Assembly (NCBI GenBank): GCA_963711835.1
Contig: CAVQFQ010000004.1
Span: 416,001 to 480,000, forward strand
Origin: an uncultured delta proteobacterium
GTDB taxonomy: Bacteria > Desulfobacterota > RBG-13-43-22
Length of the DNA: 64,000 nucleotides
Direction: 5' to 3'
Below are positions 27,600 to 36,582 of this stretch, one piece after another. The translations under genes and the position numbers were made by a program. Position 1 is the stretch's first letter. The number at the start of each line of letters is the position of its first letter. The notes below the pieces were generated by a model that saw only the letters and a list, made by a program, of their open reading frames with translations, was not told the DNA's origin and ran no database searches.

Positions 27600-30020
27600 A
27601 TGAGTTATCAAATCAAACGCGCCATGGTCATCGGTTCCGGGGTCATGGGCGGCGGGATTGCCGGCCATCTGGCCAACGCCGGTATCCCGGTTTACCTGGT
27701 GGACATTGTGCCCCGCAAGCTGACCCCTGCGGAAGAAGCCAAAGGCCTCACGCTGGAGAGTCCGGCTGTGCGAAACCGGATCGTCAATCAGGGGATGGAC
27801 TATTTAAAAAAATCCAAACCCCCCGGGTTGTTCAGCCCCACCCGTCTAGAACTGATCAGCGCCGGGAACATGGAGGACCAGTGGGACTGGATTAAAGAGG
27901 CCGACTGGATTATCGAGGTGGTCGTGGAAAACCTGGAGATTAAGCATCAGGTCATGGCCAGGATTGAGGAAACCCGCCGTCCGGGAAGCATTGTTTCCAG
28001 CAATACCTCCGGCCTGCCTATCGGCCGGATTGCCGAAGGCCGGTCCGATGAGTTTAAGGCCCATTTCCTGGGAACCCACTTCTTTAACCCGGCCCGTTAC
28101 CTGAAATTGCTGGAAATCATCCCCACGCCGGATACGGATCCCGAGCTGGTCAAATTCATGATGAAATTCGGGGAACGCCGTTTGGGCAAGACCATGGTCT
28201 TGTGCAAAGACACTCCCAACTTCATCGCCAACCGGGTAGCCTCCATTACCGGGACCTCGGGATTGAACTACATCCTGCAGAACGACTACACCATCGAAGA
28301 AGTCGATGCCGTAACCGGCCCCCTGATCGGCCATCCCAAAACCGCTTCCTTCCGCCTCCAGGATCTGGTGGGTCTGGATGTAAGCAGCCACGTAGCCAAT
28401 AATCTTTATCCGGCCATACCCGATGATCCTTTCCGGGAAGCCATTGTTGGTCCGGTCAAAGACCTGATCTCCAACATGGTGGGAAAAGGCTGGCTGGGGA
28501 ACAAGGCCGGCCAGGGCTTTTATAAAAAAATTAAAACGCCTAACGGCAAGAAGGCCTATCAGGTCCTGGATCTCAAAACCTTGGCCTACCGGGATGAACA
28601 GAAACCATCCCTGCCCCTGGTCAAGCAGGCCAAGGCAATCGAGTCCCTGCCGGACCGCCTTCGATTCATCATTAAGCAGGATGACAGGATGGCCAGGCTG
28701 ATCTGGAACAATACCGCTCTGGCCCTGGCGTACTGTGCCTACCTGATCCCGGAAATCAGCGACTCTTTTTTTGCGGTGGATGACGCCGTCAAGTCGGGCT
28801 TCTTTCATGAGATGGGCCCTTTTGAAATCTGGGACGCCCTGGGGGTAAAGGAAACGGCCGCCCGCATGGAAGCCGACGGCTTTACCGTCGCAGCCTGGGT
28901 AAAGGAAATGATCCAGGCCGGCGGAGAAAGCTTTTATCAGAAAGAAGGGATTAAAAAATTATATTGGGATCAGAACAGACGGGCCTACCGGCCTATGCCG
29001 GTGGATCCCAATCTCATCATCCTGGCCGATCGCAAGGAAGAGGTCGGGGTGGTGGCCAAGAACTTCAGCGCTTCCCTGATTGATTTGGGTGACGGGGTGC
29101 TCGGCCTGGAATTCCATTCCAAGATGAACGCCCTGGATCCCGATATCTTTGCCATGGGTTACACGGCCCTGGAGGAGTTGGAAAAGGACGCCTATGTCGG
29201 GCTGGTCATCGGCAACCAGGCCCAGAATTTCTCGGTCGGCGCCAATGTCTTTAACGTAGTTATGGCGGCCGAGAACAAGATGTGGGATGAAATAGAAAAA
29301 GGCACCAAAAGTCTCCAGGACCTGATGATGGGCTTCCGCTACTGTCCCAAACCCGTGGTGGCCGCCCCGTACGGTATGGCCCTGGGCGGCGGAGCCGAGG
29401 TCTGTCTGGCCGCCGACCGCATCTGCGCCGCAGCCGAGTCCTATATCGGCTTGGTCGAGGTCGGCGTCGGCCTGCTGCCGGCCGGCGGCGGCTGCCGGGA
29501 GCTCTTGAAACGAGTGGTCAGCCCGCCCATGAAGATCGCCGATTCGGATCCCCTGCCCTTTTTGGGCAAGGTCTTTGAAAACATCGCCATGGCCAAGGTC
29601 AGCGCCAGCGCCCTGCAGGCCCGGGAGATGGGCTTTCTGACCGAGGCCGACCCGATTGTCATGAAGGCCGAACACATCCTGGCTGAGGCCAAACGGATGG
29701 TGTTGGAAATGGCTGCAGCAGGGTATGCCCCACCGGCGCGGACCAAGTCCGTCTACGCACTGGGGAAACGCGGCATAGCCGCCCTGGGCATAATGGTTAA
29801 GACCATGCGCTGGGGGGACTATATTTCCGATTACGACATGTTCATCGCCAATAAGATCGCTTATGTCCTGTCAGGCGGCCCGCTCAGCGCCCCCCAGTGG
29901 GTGGATGAACAGGTTATTCTGGACCTGGAGCGCGAGGCCTTTCTCTCCCTTTGCGGGCAGGAAAAAACCATTGAACGCATTAAACATCTGCTGATGACCG
30001 GCAAGCCCTTGCGGAATTAA
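27600..30020 (+). CDS. 3-hydroxyacyl-CoA dehydrogenase / enoyl-CoA hydratase (FadN-type)
   Basis: GSGVMGGG, SSNTSG, HFFNPARY and KDTPNFIANR; C-terminal crotonase domain. Confidence 0.92.
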   Translation: MSYQIKRAMVIGSGVMGGGIAGHLANAGIPVYLVDIVPRKLTPAEEAKGLTLESPAVRNRIVNQGMDYLKKSKPPGLFSPTRLELISAGNMEDQWDWIKEADWIIEVVVENLEIKHQVMARIEETRRPGSIVSSNTSGLPIGRIAEGRSDEFKAHFLGTHFFNPARYLKLLEIIPTPDTDPELVKFMMKFGERRLGKTMVLCKDTPNFIANRVASITGTSGLNYILQNDYTIEEVDAVTGPLIGHPKTASFRLQDLVGLDVSSHVANNLYPAIPDDPFREAIVGPVKDLISNMVGKGWLGNKAGQGFYKKIKTPNGKKAYQVLDLKTLAYRDEQKPSLPLVKQAKAIESLPDRLRFIIKQDDRMARLIWNNTALALAYCAYLIPEISDSFFAVDDAVKSGFFHEMGPFEIWDALGVKETAARMEADGFTVAAWVKEMIQAGGESFYQKEGIKKLYWDQNRRAYRPMPVDPNLIILADRKEEVGVVAKNFSASLIDLGDGVLGLEFHSKMNALDPDIFAMGYTALEELEKDAYVGLVIGNQAQNFSVGANVFNVVMAAENKMWDEIEKGTKSLQDLMMGFRYCPKPVVAAPYGMALGGGAEVCLAADRICAAAESYIGLVEVGVGLLPAGGGCRELLKRVVSPPMKIADSDPLPFLGKVFENIAMAKVSASALQAREMGFLTEADPIVMKAEHILAEAKRMVLEMAAAGYAPPARTKSVYALGKRGIAALGIMVKTMRWGDYISDYDMFIANKIAYVLSGGPLSAPQWVDEQVILDLEREAFLSLCGQEKTIERIKHLLMTGKPLRN

Positions 30021-30029
30021 GGAGGAATT

Positions 30030-31211
30030 ATGATGAAAGAAGTCTGGATTGTCTCAGCGGCACGGACCGCTGTGGGACGGGCCAAACGGGGAACCCTGGT
30101 AAACGAGCGCCCCGATGATATGGCCGCCGTCTGTCTAAATGAAGTCATTAAACGGGCCCCCGGGGTAGAGAAGGGCGAGGTCGATGATGTGGTCCTGGGC
30201 TGCGCCTTTCCCGAACACACCCAGGGCATGAATATGGGCCGCCTGGCCCTGTTGCGGGCCGGGTTTCCTTATACGGTTCCGGGTCAAACCATCAACCGTT
30301 TCTGCTCCTCCGGGCTGCAGGCCATCGCCATCGGCGCCCAGCAGATCCTGACCGGTATGTGCGAAGTGGTCATTGCCGGGGGCGCGGAGTCCATGAGCCA
30401 GGTGCCTATGCCGGGCCTCTTTTTTTCGCCGAACCCGACGGCAGTAGCCGAGTTCCCCGAACTCTATATGGGTATGGGTCTGACGGCCGAAGAGGTGGCC
30501 AAGAAATACAACGTCAGCCGTCAGGACCAGGATGCCTTCGGTCTGCGCAGCAATGAAAAGGCCCTGGCCGCCATCAAGGCCGGAAAATTCAAGGACGAGG
30601 TCGTTCCCCTGGAGGTCAAAACCGTCCAGGTGGGCGACGACGGCAAGATAAAAGAGAAAGTCAAGGTCTTTGCCGTGGATGAAGGCCCCCGGGCCACTAC
30701 CCTGGAACAGATGGCCTCCCTCAAACCGGCCTTTATGAAAAACGGCACGGTCACAGCCGGCAATTCTTCCCAGATGAGCGATGCCGCTGCCGCCGTCTTA
30801 ATGATGACGGCTGAAAAAGCCAAGGCCAAGGGTCTGAAGCCCCTGGCCCGTTATGTGGGTTTTGCCGTGGCCGGGGTACCGCCGGAAATCATGGGTGTGG
30901 GACCCATGTACGCTATTCCCCAGGTGATGAAGGTCACCGGCCTGAAGCTGGATCAGATCGATTTGTTTGAAATCAATGAGGCCTTTGCCTCCCAGGCCCT
31001 GGCCAGCGTCCGTGAATTGGGCATCGACCCTGACAAGGTCAACGTCAACGGCGGCGCCATTGCCCTGGGTCATCCCCTGGGAGCCACCGGGGCCAAGCTG
31101 ACCGTCCAAATCCTTTCTGAGATGAAACGCCGAGGATCCAAATACGGCGTGGTCTCCATGTGTATCGGCGGCGGTATGGGCGCAGCCGGGATTTTTGAAA
31201 ATCTGCAATAA
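30030..31211 (+). CDS. Acetyl-CoA C-acyltransferase (thiolase)
   Basis: [20 protein letters not shown] and CIGGGMG. Confidence 0.95.
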   Translation: MMKEVWIVSAARTAVGRAKRGTLVNERPDDMAAVCLNEVIKRAPGVEKGEVDDVVLGCAFPEHTQGMNMGRLALLRAGFPYTVPGQTINRFCSSGLQAIAIGAQQILTGMCEVVIAGGAESMSQVPMPGLFFSPNPTAVAEFPELYMGMGLTAEEVAKKYNVSRQDQDAFGLRSNEKALAAIKAGKFKDEVVPLEVKTVQVGDDGKIKEKVKVFAVDEGPRATTLEQMASLKPAFMKNGTVTAGNSSQMSDAAAAVLMMTAEKAKAKGLKPLARYVGFAVAGVPPEIMGVGPMYAIPQVMKVTGLKLDQIDLFEINEAFASQALASVRELGIDPDKVNVNGGAIALGHPLGATGAKLTVQILSEMKRRGSKYGVVSMCIGGGMGAAGIFENLQ

Positions 31212-31219
31212 ATAAACAG

Positions 31220-31280
31220 CTCGAGGGGCAAGGTGCAGGACGCCAGTCCTGCACCTTGCCCCTTGAGCCTTACACCTTTA
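31220..31280. repeat. Inverted heptamer-type repeat / hairpin
   Basis: GGGGCAAGGTGCAGGAC / GTCCTGCACCTTGCCCC followed by CCTTGAGCCTTACACCTT. Confidence 0.6.
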
Positions 31281-31348
31281 GTTTCACACCTTAATTTTTA
31301 GTCCCACATCAATACCCTGCACTTCAGGCCTTACGACTTTAGGAGGAA

Positions 31349-33145
31349 ATGATGGAAACCATCTCCACGGTATTCCTCAGGCAGGTCATGAAATACCAAA
31401 CCCGTCCTGCTTTGATGGTTAAAAAGGAAGGGACCTATCAGCCCCTTTCCTGGCAGGATTGGTATGAACAGGTGGCCTCATTCGGCCTGGGACTTCATGA
31501 CTTGGAGATCGGCCCCGGAGATGCCGTGGCCATCCTCTGCAACAACCGCCCCGAGTGGATGACCGCCGATCTGGCCATCTTAGGTCTGGGGGCTATGACC
31601 ATTCCCATCTATGCCACCAACACCGCTGATCAGGCGGCCTTTATCCTTCAAGACGCCCGATGCAAGGCTGTCATTGTAGAAAACCCCGATCAGTGGCAAA
31701 AAATTGCCCTGGTCAAGAACCGACTGACTGATTTGAACACGGTCATCCAAATGGACGGGCTCCCTCATTCCACCTCAAACCGTTTGGCCTTTTTCGATGT
31801 TCTGGCCAAAGGCCTGGGCCTGCTGAAAACGGATCCGGGCCTTTTCCCCAGGCTTTCTTCTCAGGCTCTCCCGGAAGATATCTGTACCATTGTCTATACT
31901 TCAGGAACCACCGGGCCTCCCAAAGGGGCCATGCTCAGCCATGATAATATCCTCTCCGTAATCCGGATGCTCGGCCGGGTTGTTCCGGCCACCGACCGGG
32001 ACAGCTACGTATCCTTTCTGCCTCTCTCCCATGTCTTTGAAAGGATCGGAGGCTTTTTCAACGGCATCTATGTCGGGGTAACCATTTTCCTTGCCGAAAG
32101 CATGGATACCCTGGCCCGGAATATCCAGGAGGCTAAGCCCACCATTCTCATGACCGTCCCTCGACTGCTGGAAAAGGTCTATGCCACGATTCAGAATCGC
32201 GTCAAGGAGGAGTCCTCCACCAAGCAGGCAATTTTTAACTGGTCCCAAAAAATAGGCCGGGAAAAGGGTCGCCGGCAGATGTTGAATCAAGCCGTGCCCT
32301 TCAGCCTGCGCTGGAAACATGCCCTGGCCTATCAACTGGTTTTTAGAAAATTGAAACAGGCTTTAGGTGGAAGGATTCGGTTCCTGGTTTCCGCCGGTGC
32401 CCCCATCTCCCAAGAAATCGTCGAGTTTTTCAGCGCCGCTGGTCTTTACGTTATGGAAGGGTACGGGGCCACGGAAACCTCGGCTCCGGTCTCGGTCAAT
32501 GTCCTGGATGATTATCGTTTCGGAACAGTCGGCAAACCGCTGCCCGGGGTGGAAATTCGGATTGATCCCCTAAACGGCGAGATCCTGGTTAAGGGCGGGA
32601 ATATCTTTAAGGGTTACACCAACCTCCCGGGAGGAAACGGCCCGGTCCTTCACCGAAGACGGGTTTTTCCGCACCGGCGATGTAGGGCACCTGGATAAAG
32701 ACGGGTTTCTGGTTATTACCGACCGCATTAAAGATTTGATCATTACCTCCGGCGGCAAAAATGTAGCCCCCCAGAATATCGAGAACCTTTTCAAAGGCGA
32801 TCCCCTTTTCAGCCAGGTGGTCATTATCGGGGAACGGCGGAAATTCTGGCCGCCCTTCTCAACCTTGATCCGGATGAGGTCTCGCGAAAGGGACGGGCCC
32901 TTGGCCTGATAGATCCGGACTTAAATGCTCTGATGGACGACCCGCGTATCCTGGACTGGGTTCGGGATAAGGTACGGGAGAAAAATAAGCGCCTGGCCCG
33001 ATATGAACAGGTAAAAGAATTCCGGATCCTCAAAACCCCCTTCAGCCAGGAGGGCGGCGAACTGACCCCGACCCTGAAACTCCGCCGCAAGGTGATCATG
33101 GAGAAATACAGGGAACTCATCGAATCCATGTATCCTCCTGATTAG
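31349..33145 (+). pseudogene. Long-chain acyl-CoA ligase (AMP-binding), frameshifted near 32630 and 32850 (likely sequencing errors)
   Basis: YTSGTTGPPKG and EGYGATE; continuation RTGDVG...ITDRIKDLIITSGGKN and ELTPTLKLRR in other frames. Confidence 0.85.
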
Positions 33146-33153
33146 GAAATCAA

Positions 33154-33726
33154 TTACGACATCCGGAAAGGGGCTTGCCCTTGACAGGCCAGGCAGATCG
33201 GCCCGTCAGCCGCCGGGTACGATTCCCGACATTGGGCACAGACGGCAAAGGCCCCCCGGCGGCGGACGGCGATAAAATCCGCATCAAGCTTTACGGGGCG
33301 AAAACTGCACAGCGTTGATCCCGCTTCCAAAATCTGTTCATTGAGCGATTGGAGGTTTTGTTGGGCCTTGGGTTTCAGTTTGAAAAACCAGTCCTTGATC
33401 TCCGGCCAGGCTTCCAGCTTAAGAGGATCAACGAATACCCGCACCCCTTCTCCGCCTGGTTTTCGGTAAAGAATCAGGGCATATCGGCCCAGATTCAGGA
33501 CCCGGAGCCAGCCGTTTCCCACCGTGCAGGGCGTCAATAACTGAATGGCATCGGGAAGACACTTGGGGGTCTCGCTCAGGGCGTCATAGAACTCCCCGGG
33601 AGGCAGATGCTTCAGGGCCAGATCCACCATGAAGCCGCCGAGCACCATACCCGGGGCCGGGTGGCCGTGAAAAGCCTCTACCTTTTGAAGGTAATCCTCA
33701 AGAGCGATGGCGCCGACCCTGGTCAT
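33154..33726 (-). CDS. FmdE family protein with C-terminal zinc ribbon
   Basis: FHGHPAPG, CLPDAIQLLTPCTVGNG and CxxC...CxxC; ATGA overlap with the upstream gene. Confidence 0.85.
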   Translation of the reverse strand: MTRVGAIALEDYLQKVEAFHGHPAPGMVLGGFMVDLALKHLPPGEFYDALSETPKCLPDAIQLLTPCTVGNGWLRVLNLGRYALILYRKPGGEGVRVFVDPLKLEAWPEIKDWFFKLKPKAQQNLQSLNEQILEAGSTLCSFRPVKLDADFIAVRRRGAFAVCAQCRESYPAADGPICLACQGQAPFRMS

Positions 33727-35966
33727 GGGGCCGCTTCGATCCGGCAGCACACATAGCGGTGCATGGGCGTTCCCGCGATCGGATCCCGGTGCGTATTTTT
33801 AGTCAGCCGGTTCACGTTGATCCCGTAGATCTTCCCCGGATACTCCAACCCGAACCCATGGGGGATGATAACCGTTCCCGGCCGGGAAGACTCGGCCGTC
33901 TCCAGTTCTATTTCTTCGCTTCCGGCCTCGGTGATGACCCGGACCTTCTGGCCGTCCTTAAAACCCAGCCTGGCGGCATCCCCCGGGTGCATGGCCAGGG
34001 TACAGGCCCGCCGTTCTTTGTTCCAGGCCGGATCACGCATCAAGGTGTTGGCGTTCATATCCATGTGCCGGCCGGCCATCAGGATAAAGGGAAAGTCCTG
34101 GTTTCCTCCCTCCAGGGAGGCCGCCTCGGATTGGGGCTCGATGGATTGAACCCATTCGGCCATTTCGGGGATGTGGATATGGATCCGTTTATCCTCCGTG
34201 GATAGGGCTTCCAGATTATTTTCAGTATCCGATCGTCCGATCCAGAGCCCTTCGGGATGATCCAGTATGGCCTGAAAAATCTGCTCCCCCATAAGAGGTC
34301 CGGGGGTGAACCCGGCCCGGGCGGCGTTCTCCTGAAAACCCTTCGGGGTTGTCTGGAGCAGACCCCAGAGGGCCGCCAGGTTGGCCGATCCCATTTCCTT
34401 CCCTAAGGTTTTGGCCAGGACAAAAGGCATGGCCTTCATGGCCTCTGGGTGTTCCTGGATAAATTGCATCAGGGCCAAACCGTATCCCAGCCGGTCTCCT
34501 TTGACGGCTTCGCGAAGGTTTGGGGGAATCTCGGGGATTAATCCCAGTCGATCAGCCAGAAGAACCATGATCTGGCCTACCTCCAGACGCTCCCCTTCAG
34601 GAGTCAGGACGGGCCGCCGCATCTGGAAATAGATCTCCGGATAGTTCCACGCAAAGAAGGTGCCGTCCCAGGATTCATAGCCGGATCGGGCCGGCAGGAC
34701 ATAATGAGAAAGGACTGCGGTCTCGGTCATGGCCAGTTCGCAGGTCACCAGCAGATCCAGGCTGCGGAAAGCCTGCTCATAGGCGGTGGTATCCGCATAG
34801 GAGCGAAGCGGATTGGATCCGGAGCATAAGACAGCCCGGAGTCTTTCCGGGTGGTCGCTCATGATCTCTTCGGGCATGACATTGGGAGGAAAGGTACCCA
34901 TGATAGCCGGGAAATCGGTGGCTACGGTTCGCCAGGTCCGGGGATCCCGTTCATCGGAATGGGAGCCGATGGGCATGAGATGACCGGGGATGACATTCCC
35001 CCCCGGGACGCCGATGCGCCCGCAAATCGCCAGGAGAATGACGGCCAGGTAAGTGGTGGCCGTGCTGTGCCGATTCATATAAACCCCCAGATCCGGGTGC
35101 AGGGCTGATTTGCGACCGGCAACCAATTGACAGACCCGGCGGACTTGGTCATAGTTCAGTTCGCAGACCTTCACGGCTGCCCGGGCATCAAAGCCCGAAA
35201 ACCAGGGCAGCACCTCTTCGAACCCCTTTACCTGTTGCGACAAATAATCCGCGTCCTGCCACCCTTCCTGAAGGATGATGGCGATCATGGCCCGGGTAAG
35301 CAGGGCATCGGTCCCCGGTTTTATCGGCAGGTGAATATCCGCAATAGCCGCCGTCTCCGTGCGTCTGGGATCAATAACCACCAAGACCTTATCCGGGTCT
35401 TTGGCGAATTTCGTCAGAAAACGACGGGCCTGGGGCATCTGATGACTCATCATGCCGTTCCAGCCGACAGCCAGGAGGACCTCGGTGTTGTCGTGATCGG
35501 GGATGCCGAAGAGGTATTGGCGCCCCACGGCCCGGCCCCAGGCCCAGAAATTGCCGGTCAGTTCCTGGGCCAGGGCGCTGTAGTGATAGTGTGAGCCCAG
35601 GCCGCGCAGCAGCCGGACCCCGAAGGCCGCTTCAAAGTGACAACCCTGGCCCCCGCCTCCCATGTAGGCCAAGGACCGAGGACCATGGGCCGACACGATC
35701 GCCCGAAGCTTCTCGGCGATTTCAGCCAGGGCCTGCTCCCAGGAAATGCGCTCAAAATTACCTCCCACTCGCTTCAGCGGATGATCGAGCCGCTGGGCAT
35801 GATGCTGATGGAAGGCTATGTTGAGGCCTTTGCGGCAGACATAGCCTTGGCTGCGGGGGTTGTCCTGGTCCGGCCGCACCTTGACCAGGCGGTTTTCTTG
35901 AACCTGAACCTCGAGGCCGCAGTTCTGAGCGCAGAGCACACAGGAGGTTTTATGCCACTCCATCAT
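33723..35966 (-). CDS. Molybdopterin (bis-MGD) oxidoreductase with N-terminal 4Fe-4S
   Basis: CVLCAQNC...CRKG, IDPRRTETA, IKPGTD and MTETA; molydop-binding C-terminus; no Tat signal seen. Confidence 0.9.
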   Translation of the reverse strand: MMEWHKTSCVLCAQNCGLEVQVQENRLVKVRPDQDNPRSQGYVCRKGLNIAFHQHHAQRLDHPLKRVGGNFERISWEQALAEIAEKLRAIVSAHGPRSLAYMGGGGQGCHFEAAFGVRLLRGLGSHYHYSALAQELTGNFWAWGRAVGRQYLFGIPDHDNTEVLLAVGWNGMMSHQMPQARRFLTKFAKDPDKVLVVIDPRRTETAAIADIHLPIKPGTDALLTRAMIAIILQEGWQDADYLSQQVKGFEEVLPWFSGFDARAAVKVCELNYDQVRRVCQLVAGRKSALHPDLGVYMNRHSTATTYLAVILLAICGRIGVPGGNVIPGHLMPIGSHSDERDPRTWRTVATDFPAIMGTFPPNVMPEEIMSDHPERLRAVLCSGSNPLRSYADTTAYEQAFRSLDLLVTCELAMTETAVLSHYVLPARSGYESWDGTFFAWNYPEIYFQMRRPVLTPEGERLEVGQIMVLLADRLGLIPEIPPNLREAVKGDRLGYGLALMQFIQEHPEAMKAMPFVLAKTLGKEMGSANLAALWGLLQTTPKGFQENAARAGFTPGPLMGEQIFQAILDHPEGLWIGRSDTENNLEALSTEDKRIHIHIPEMAEWVQSIEPQSEAASLEGGNQDFPFILMAGRHMDMNANTLMRDPAWNKERRACTLAMHPGDAARLGFKDGQKVRVITEAGSEEIELETAESSRPGTVIIPHGFGLEYPGKIYGINVNRLTKNTHRDPIAGTPMHRYVCCRIEAAP

Positions 35967-35994
35967 TGATCCTCTCTTTCCGGGCAAACCCGTC

Positions 35995-36060
35995 GGTATC
36001 GTTCAAAAGGTTGGGCTTTATCTTTTTGATAGCCGATGAAAGGGGACCGGGGGTCCCCTT
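35995..36060 (+). mobile_element. Solo left end of a type A element, no core
   Basis: GGTATCGTTCAAAAGGTT...AAGGGGACCGG matches 38953-39008; no right end seen. Confidence 0.55.
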
Positions 36061-36189
36061 GTCCTTTTCGGAACCCAATGAAAAAAGTATAGGACAGGGA
36101 AGTAACGAGGGTCAAGGAGAAAACAGGGAAAGGAGAGATCTCCTGTCTAAGAAGAGATTAATGCTAAGCGGGCAAGGCGGCTGTTCAGA

Positions 36190-36321
36190 TTAATTCCAGT
36201 AATAGACCAGTCTTCGGATGAGCTGATGTCTTTCCTTGACCGGGAGATCCCAATAGAGAGCACTCTCCATCAGGATAGTGACAATTTCTTCAATAATTTT
36301 TTCTACGGTAAGTTGTTTCAT
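36190..36321 (-). CDS. 43-aa small protein absent from the ORF track
   Basis: MKQLTVEKIIEEIVTILMESALYWDLPVKERHQLIRRLVYYWN*; amphipathic helices; sigma54-like promoter upstream. Confidence 0.6.
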   Translation of the reverse strand: MKQLTVEKIIEEIVTILMESALYWDLPVKERHQLIRRLVYYWN

Positions 36322-36375
36322 AGACCCCATCCCCATGACTAAAAGTTTGAAGGAAATGTTTATGAACCATAATTA

Positions 36376-36391
36376 TGCAAATAGCGTTCCT
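36376..36391 (-). promoter_or_regulatory. Putative sigma54 promoter
   Basis: AGGAACGCTATTTGCA (GG-N10-GC with TTGC). Confidence 0.6.
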
Positions 36392-36537
36392 CCCGCCTGC
36401 ATTTTCAAAAAGAGGGCCGTCGTCGTAAAAACTTGCTGATAATATTAGAGATTTCAATTTGAGGAAACTTCGGGGCTAAAAAGGGCCACAAATAACCGCC
36501 CGGAAGGTGGGAAAAACTTTCTCCTTATTTTCCCTTT

Positions 36538-36582
36538 GGTTGCTTAGACAGTCTGTTTTGAGAATTTATCCCTAACGTTCAA
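36538..36582. repeat. 45-bp box, copy 1 (possible activator-binding site)
   Basis: 37/45 identical to 39458-39502. Confidence 0.65.

Noticed and set aside
31349-33145. Programmed frameshifting or Sec/Pyl recoding in split genes
   Set aside because: Breaks are indels without slippery heptamers or in-frame TGA/TAG at catalytic positions; sequencing error is simpler
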